From IMG/VR virus record IMGVR_UViG_3300020016_000032, positions 1 to 30,586 of that record: 30,586 nt of DNA; one strand, 5' to 3'. The position numbers and the translations under genes were made by a program. This stretch comes from a virus (Duplodnaviria > Caudoviricetes). Below are positions 26,503 through 30,586 of the stretch, in pieces. The notes beneath the pieces were generated by a model. That model had not been told where the DNA came from and searched no databases. It saw nothing but the letters and a program-made list of their open reading frames with translations. Within the stretch, counting starts at the first letter, position 1, and every line of letters begins with the position of its first letter.

Positions 26503-26750
26503 TCACCGTCGTCTGGATTGATGATGTTGACCGCGTGCTCGTCCAATTGCAGGGAGACACGGCCCGCGCCATCCACCGCAATACGTCGCGGCAGCGGTTT
26601 TGCGCTCGGAGCATCCAGCGGGCATGAAAAGAATTCGCCTCGCGCAAGGATTACCGGATCGGCAAATCCTCTGGTTGAGACGTGCACCGTCCCATCTGCT
26701 TTTTTATCCAAACTGAGCCAATAGTCGGTGGTTTGCATCTTTGTCCTCAT
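26499..26750 (-). CDS. 83-aa hypothetical protein
   Basis: ATGA overlaps at both ends, filling the gap after terL. Confidence 0.6.
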   Translation of the reverse strand: MRTKMQTTDYWLSLDKKADGTVHVSTRGFADPVILARGEFFSCPLDAPSAKPLPRRIAVDGAGRVSLQLDEHAVNIINPDDGE

Positions 26751-28267
26751 GCTGATATTCGCCGCATCGTTCGCCGCTTCATCACTTGCGCCGGCCGCAG
26801 TGAGCCGAGCGGGGCGCGGCCCGTCATCCGCCGGCCTTCACCTTGACCCATTATGAGATATTCAAGCCCCTCGCATACGTGGCTGTAGCGGTTCTTGCAC
26901 GGCTTGAGGACGCCGTCGTTGTCCTTCTCGTTGAAATACCGTCCGGCCATGCCGACCTTGAGCGTGCGGCAGAACGGCGAGATGAGAAAGCACGGCTTGC
27001 CGTCATACATGCGGGTGAGGATCGAATCCACCGCCTCGACCCGTGGCTCGATCTTGTTCTGCATCAGTTGCGGCGGCCCGCGCACCTTCATGCCGTGGTG
27101 CTCGAATATGTCATAGGCCGTGCGATCGTCGACCTGGCTCATGTCGGCGCCCTTCGGATCACCCCAGAACTGGAAGCGCGAAAGATCGTGCTCGGGATAA
27201 TGCGACGCGATGAACCGCTTGACCTTCTGGGCAAATGTCACCGCGCCCTCGTTCTGTCCGATCAGCTCGAACTGCACCAGGGTGCGATTGTTGATCGACT
27301 GCGCGAACACCGCCGCCGGCGAGCGGCCGAAGTCCAGCCCGACATCGACGTCATAGGCCCGGTTCGGCAACAGGATCATCGGCGCAACGTGAACTTCAGA
27401 CTTGAAGTTTGGCCATACCGGGCTGCCATCGACAACCAGGACCACCCGTACCATAAGTCGAGAGTCGATCCAGGACTTGGTCTTGCCGATGATCTGTTTC
27501 GGATAATAGTCGTCGCGAAGATTTGTGACATTTTCCGCTTGCGGATTGACCTCGTAGCCCGTGACCCGCCCGTGCGCGTCCATCTTCTCGAGAAGTGCCG
27601 CGGGTTGCAGATGGAATCCCCATTCGTCAGGCCACTTGCCCAAAGCCTCAGAATCCTCCTGGGATAACCCCGGTGGCACGTCCACCATTCCCGCCATGAT
27701 GGCCAGCCAATGATCTTCATCGGGCGCGTTGGCGTCGCCGAAAACGCCTTGCCACGTCGCGCCCCCCTCGGATTTCGGGGGATAGCGGAGACGGGATTGT
27801 GCCTCATCGAAAAGAGACTTATCGATATACTGCAATTCATTGAACACGATCCCCGTATATTCCGTCGATCGCAGCTTGCGCACGTCTTCCGGCTTGTCGA
27901 GCGCCAGGAAATCGACCTCCACCGAAATATCGGCCCACCGCAATTTATGCGACGGCGGCACGGACCAGTTCATCCGGCCGTAAATCTGCTCAGGAACCAA
28001 CTCATTCCAGGTGCGGATCGTCGACCGTTTCAAGTCCGGGTAGGAGTTGCGGACCACCGCCCACCGCGTCTTGCGCAGATTGTCGACAGTCGACGGGCGT
28101 TGCTGCTGAGCATGCCTCATCAGGCGGGCAAATAAAGCATGCGTCTTGCCAGATCCCAAGGGTCCGACAATAACATCGACCCCACGATCCGACATTATGA
28201 AATCGCACAGCCGCGTCCCCCCAATGACCTGAAACTTGCGGCGGGTATCGGCAGGCGCGGCGGTCAT
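26747..28267 (-). CDS. terL: Terminase large subunit
   Basis: Walker A GPLGSGKT, VVRNSYPDL, Walker B variant IVFNE, DANAP coupling motif, RNase H-like GLDFG, WGDPKG, YSHVCEGLEYL. Confidence 0.93.
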   Translation of the reverse strand: MTAAPADTRRKFQVIGGTRLCDFIMSDRGVDVIVGPLGSGKTHALFARLMRHAQQQRPSTVDNLRKTRWAVVRNSYPDLKRSTIRTWNELVPEQIYGRMNWSVPPSHKLRWADISVEVDFLALDKPEDVRKLRSTEYTGIVFNELQYIDKSLFDEAQSRLRYPPKSEGGATWQGVFGDANAPDEDHWLAIMAGMVDVPPGLSQEDSEALGKWPDEWGFHLQPAALLEKMDAHGRVTGYEVNPQAENVTNLRDDYYPKQIIGKTKSWIDSRLMVRVVLVVDGSPVWPNFKSEVHVAPMILLPNRAYDVDVGLDFGRSPAAVFAQSINNRTLVQFELIGQNEGAVTFAQKVKRFIASHYPEHDLSRFQFWGDPKGADMSQVDDRTAYDIFEHHGMKVRGPPQLMQNKIEPRVEAVDSILTRMYDGKPCFLISPFCRTLKVGMAGRYFNEKDNDGVLKPCKNRYSHVCEGLEYLIMGQGEGRRMTGRAPLGSLRPAQVMKRRTMRRISA

Positions 28268-28440
28268 TCCTTCACCGCCTTGATCTTCTCAATCAAAACC
28301 AGCCGCACATATTCCGACAACGTCCGCCCGTGCCGCTCAGCCTCAACACTCAATTTCTCCCACAGCACAGGCTCAACCCGCGTCGCAATCACCTCGCTCC
28401 GAGAACCACCCGCCAAGTTGCCCTGCCCACGCTGCGCCAT
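28264..28440 (-). CDS. 58-aa ribbon-helix-helix (Arc/CopG-like) DNA-binding protein
   Basis: Hand translation MAQRGQGNLAGGSRSEVIATRVEPVLWEKLSVEAERHGRTLSEYVRLVLIEKIKAVKE*; beta strand + A...GRTLSEYVR helix; ATGA overlap with terL. Below the track's size cutoff. Confidence 0.75.
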   Translation of the reverse strand: MAQRGQGNLAGGSRSEVIATRVEPVLWEKLSVEAERHGRTLSEYVRLVLIEKIKAVKE

Positions 28441-28446
28441 GTATGA

Positions 28447-28475
28447 GATGTAAACACACTCACAACTTGCGTCAA
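28447..28475 (-). promoter_or_regulatory. Putative sigma70-type promoter, leaderless RHH transcript
   Basis: TTGACG-N17-TACATC-N6-ATG; no SD before the RHH start. Confidence 0.4.
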
Positions 28476-28490
28476 TCGCATGGAGCCCAC

Positions 28491-28577
28491 ATGTCCGTCC
28501 TCGACGCCATCATGATCATCGTCCTCATCGCCCTCTGGCTCATCGTCGCCAGCCCATGGAGCAACCACAACCAATAA
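28491..28577 (+). CDS. 28-aa single-pass hydrophobic peptide
   Basis: GGAG-N5-ATG; MSVLDAIMIIVLIALWLIVASPWSNHNQ*; most codons end in C, like a real high-GC gene. Confidence 0.6.
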   Translation: MSVLDAIMIIVLIALWLIVASPWSNHNQ

Positions 28578-28791
28578 CCAAATCCCCTCGCGCGTAAACT
28601 CAACACCAAAATCCCGAAGTAAAAAAAATCCAGCCAGACAACCACCCAACTGCCTGAAAAATAAGCGGAAAATATAACAGGTATGGGGCGTGGGCAGGTT
28701 TCCAGCTAGCAGCCGCGCGTGGGTTTTTCCCCCCACCCCTCGCCTATTGGCGTTGCCCGCTGCTCATGGTGCATGAGCGTTGCCCATTGAA

Positions 28792-29304
28792 TTACTCAAT
28801 GATATCAACGTTGTCCGCTTTTGGGTGAGAATGCATCAGCTCGGCATCAATCGTTTTGCCTGCAATCGTGGTGCCTGGGGCTGCAATCACCTGGATGACG
28901 AAGCCGGCAGTTGCGCCGCGGTCGTGCATGCTCGAATGCGAATCCTCTTGATAATCCAACAGCTTGATGGCGTTGACGGCCGCATTCAGGTTGGTGTCCT
29001 GATCGCCAATCGCTTCCAATCGGTGGAGTCGGTGCGCGCGGCCGCTCAGTCGCAGTACCTCAAGCTCTTGCAGATACAACGCGCGGGCTGCAGGCTTCCT
29101 GAGTGCAACGTATAGCGTATGCTCGGTAATGCCTGCCCGTTTGGCCGCGTCTGCTCTGCTGAGCCCTTCCCATGCCATGCCGGCGATTGCGATGCGTGTT
29201 GTGCGGCCAATTCGTGCGCTTGCAATGTCCTTCTCGTCACGGGTCAGGCGCTTAGGTCGGGGCTGGTAGGCCGGATCGCGGGCCGCGCGCATTGATGCGA
29301 GCAT
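28792..29304 (-). CDS. terS: Terminase small subunit (HTH)
   Basis: HTH-like GLSRADAAKRAGITEHTLY, NAAVNAIKLLD, GFVIQV, TIDAE tail; AGAGG RBS; upstream of terL. Confidence 0.7.
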   Translation of the reverse strand: MLASMRAARDPAYQPRPKRLTRDEKDIASARIGRTTRIAIAGMAWEGLSRADAAKRAGITEHTLYVALRKPAARALYLQELEVLRLSGRAHRLHRLEAIGDQDTNLNAAVNAIKLLDYQEDSHSSMHDRGATAGFVIQVIAAPGTTIAGKTIDAELMHSHPKADNVDIIE

Positions 29305-29308
29305 GTGG

Positions 29309-29491
29309 TTACCTCTTGCGGGATGGAATGCGACGGGCGAGCGGACCGACGGCGGATGCGATCTCGCGTTGGTCGACCTTGGAGGCCGGGAGTGCGGCCA
29401 GGCCCTTGGCCTTCAGGCGGTGGTTGCGAGCGAGCTTGGATGCGAGGGCTTGGTTACGAGGGAGCCAAGGCGGAGTGATGCGCGGTGTCAT
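29309..29491 (-). CDS. 60-aa basic hypothetical protein
   Basis: ATG 29491; stop 4 nt before the terS start. Confidence 0.4.
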   Translation of the reverse strand: MTPRITPPWLPRNQALASKLARNHRLKAKGLAALPASKVDQREIASAVGPLARRIPSRKR

Positions 29492-29613
29492 GCTGCGCAC
29501 CGAGGAAGCAAGGGGAGGATGCGCGCGAGGCAAAGGGGGGAGGGGGTCGCGCTACGCGTCGTATAGTCAGAGCATTTTGTCAAGTTGGCCACGTTTTCCT
29601 GCCATTTCGCGAA

Positions 29614-29799
29614 TTATCGTTCCACATAGCGGAACAGCATGGCTTTGATCGCGCGCGCTGCAATGCTTCGCGGTGGCTGCTCGTCTGCCCATTTGGCCAG
29701 GTTAGCGGCTATATCCGGATCGTATTTGCGCCGTCCGGACAAGCGTTTGCGGCCGTAACGCTGGGCAATCAGTTGGTGCGCGAGTTCCTGGGCGTTCAT
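29614..29799 (-). CDS. 61-aa basic hypothetical protein (MNAQELAHQLIAQRYGRKR...)
   Basis: ATG 33 nt downstream of a GGTGCGTTGC motif, similar to the spacing at other module starts. Confidence 0.5.
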   Translation of the reverse strand: MNAQELAHQLIAQRYGRKRLSGRRKYDPDIAANLAKWADEQPPRSIAARAIKAMLFRYVER

Positions 29800-29832
29800 G
29801 CCGCAATGCATGGCGCTGCGTCAGATTCGGTC

Positions 29833-29842
29833 GCAACGCACC
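29833..29842 (-). promoter_or_regulatory. GGTGCGTTGC motif at the head of the packaging module
   Basis: Exact copy in the divergent intergenic region. Confidence 0.55.
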
Positions 29843-29888
29843 CACATGCTGATTGACCCCATGCGACAATCGGCCGCACACGATTTCG

Positions 29889-29917
29889 GTTGACTGCGAT
29901 AAACCGATTTGCGATAT
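29889..29917 (+). promoter_or_regulatory. Putative housekeeping promoter for the DUF932-like gene
   Basis: GTTGAC-N17-CGATAT, close to the rhizobial consensus CTTGAC-N17-CTATAT. Confidence 0.4.
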
Positions 29918-29968
29918 AGGCGATGCAAGCCGGGTTGGCGCCCGGTGCAACATGAAAGGACTACTCAA

Positions 29969-30586
29969 ATGAACGCATCATTCAACCGCTACAACATCAA
30001 GCGCAATGCCATGCCGTTGACTGAGGATCAGATTCGGCAATACGCCCCATCTATCTTCGCGGCCGAGGCCCATGAAAGCCGATCTGCCCGCTATACCTAC
30101 ATCCCGACTATCGATGTAGTCCGGGGCTTGGTTAAGGAGGGGTTTCACCCGGTATCTGTGCGGCAATCCAACACTCGCGACGTGACGCGCCAGGACTTTA
30201 CCAAACACATGATCCGGTTCCGTCGCGATGGCGAACAATACGCGGCCGTCGGCGATACCCTGCCCGAGGTTGTGCTGGTCAATTCGCACGATGGGACAAG
30301 CTCATACCAGCTCGACGCGGGTCTATTCCGGCTTGTCTGCCTCAATGGCATGGTCGTAAATTCGGGGAGCATTGCCAAGGTCAAGGTGCCGCACAAAGGC
30401 GACGTCCTGGGCCAAGTGATCGAAGGCGCATTCGAGGTAATCGACGCCAGCGTGAAGGCATTGGAGGCGCCGCGTGAATGGTCGCAATTGCAGCTGGCAA
30501 GGCCTGAAAGTGAGGCGTTTGCAGAGGCAGCCCATACCCTGCGATTTGCCGATACCGAAGGCAACATTGAAACCCCGATCAAGCCG
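29969..30586 (+). CDS. DUF932 (DUF945)-family protein, 3' truncated by the window
   Basis: Hand translation with AAAGGA RBS: PLTEDQIRQYAPSIFAAEAHESRSARYTYIPTIDVVRGLVKEGF...FTKHMIRFR...PEVVLVNSHDGTSSYQLDAGLFRLVCLNGMVV...VPHKG. Not in the ORF track. Confidence 0.88.
   Translation, partial: MNASFNRYNIKRNAMPLTEDQIRQYAPSIFAAEAHESRSARYTYIPTIDVVRGLVKEGFHPVSVRQSNTRDVTRQDFTKHMIRFRRDGEQYAAVGDTLPEVVLVNSHDGTSSYQLDAGLFRLVCLNGMVVNSGSIAKVKVPHKGDVLGQVIEGAFEVIDASVKALEAPREWSQLQLARPESEAFAEAAHTLRFADTEGNIETPIKP

Noticed and set aside
27830-27855. terL Walker B reading FNE rather than DE
   Set aside because: An NE variant is, to my knowledge, ordinary in this terminase group, and the other motifs are intact.
28389-28736. 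115-aa minus-strand ORF with an acidic DDEPEGDEDDD stretch
   Set aside because: The acidic run is the reverse complement of the hydrophobic peptide codons. It has no RBS and overlaps the RHH gene out of frame. Not fully excluded.
29562-29584. Minus-strand CTTGAC...CTATAC as a promoter
   Set aside because: The spacer is only about 12 nt, incompatible with sigma70 spacing.
29978-30582. Minus-strand ORFs of 103, 145 and 70 aa
   Set aside because: Antisense to the clearly recognisable DUF932-like gene.
1-30586. Diversity-generating retroelement (as in BPP-1), CRISPR array, tRNA, integrase or transposase
   Set aside because: No reverse transcriptase motif, no TR/VR pair, no regular repeat-spacer array, cloverleaf or recombinase motif seen by eye. 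Lifestyle (prophage vs free phage) cannot be determined.

Overview
The window is the late/structural half of a short-tailed (podovirus-type, BPP-1/epsilon15-like layout) dsDNA phage or prophage. High GC and promoter style suggest an alphaproteobacterial host (inference). Almost all genes are on the minus strand. Read right to left: two small ORFs, terminase small subunit, an inserted RHH regulator/small hydrophobic peptide cassette, terminase large subunit, portal, scaffold, major capsid, cement protein, tail tubular A/B and four ejection proteins. Next comes a ~9 kb accessory module (Ig/BppU-like, Cys-rich ORFs, lectin, beta-helix tailspike-like, glycosyltransferase, methyltransferase, 688-aa repeat protein), then a two-catalytic-domain lysin that runs off the left edge. 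A DUF932-like gene starts on the plus strand at the right edge. The lysin, DUF932-like, RHH and 28-aa peptide genes are absent from the supplied ORF track. The main signals are: a recurring GGTGCGTTGC motif heading the late modules, a hairpin over the lysin RBS, a 13-bp direct repeat flanking a small ORF between the GT and MTase genes, and the GT/MTase pair embedded among Ser/Thr-rich virion-like proteins. Family calls come from motif recognition by eye, not from database searches.
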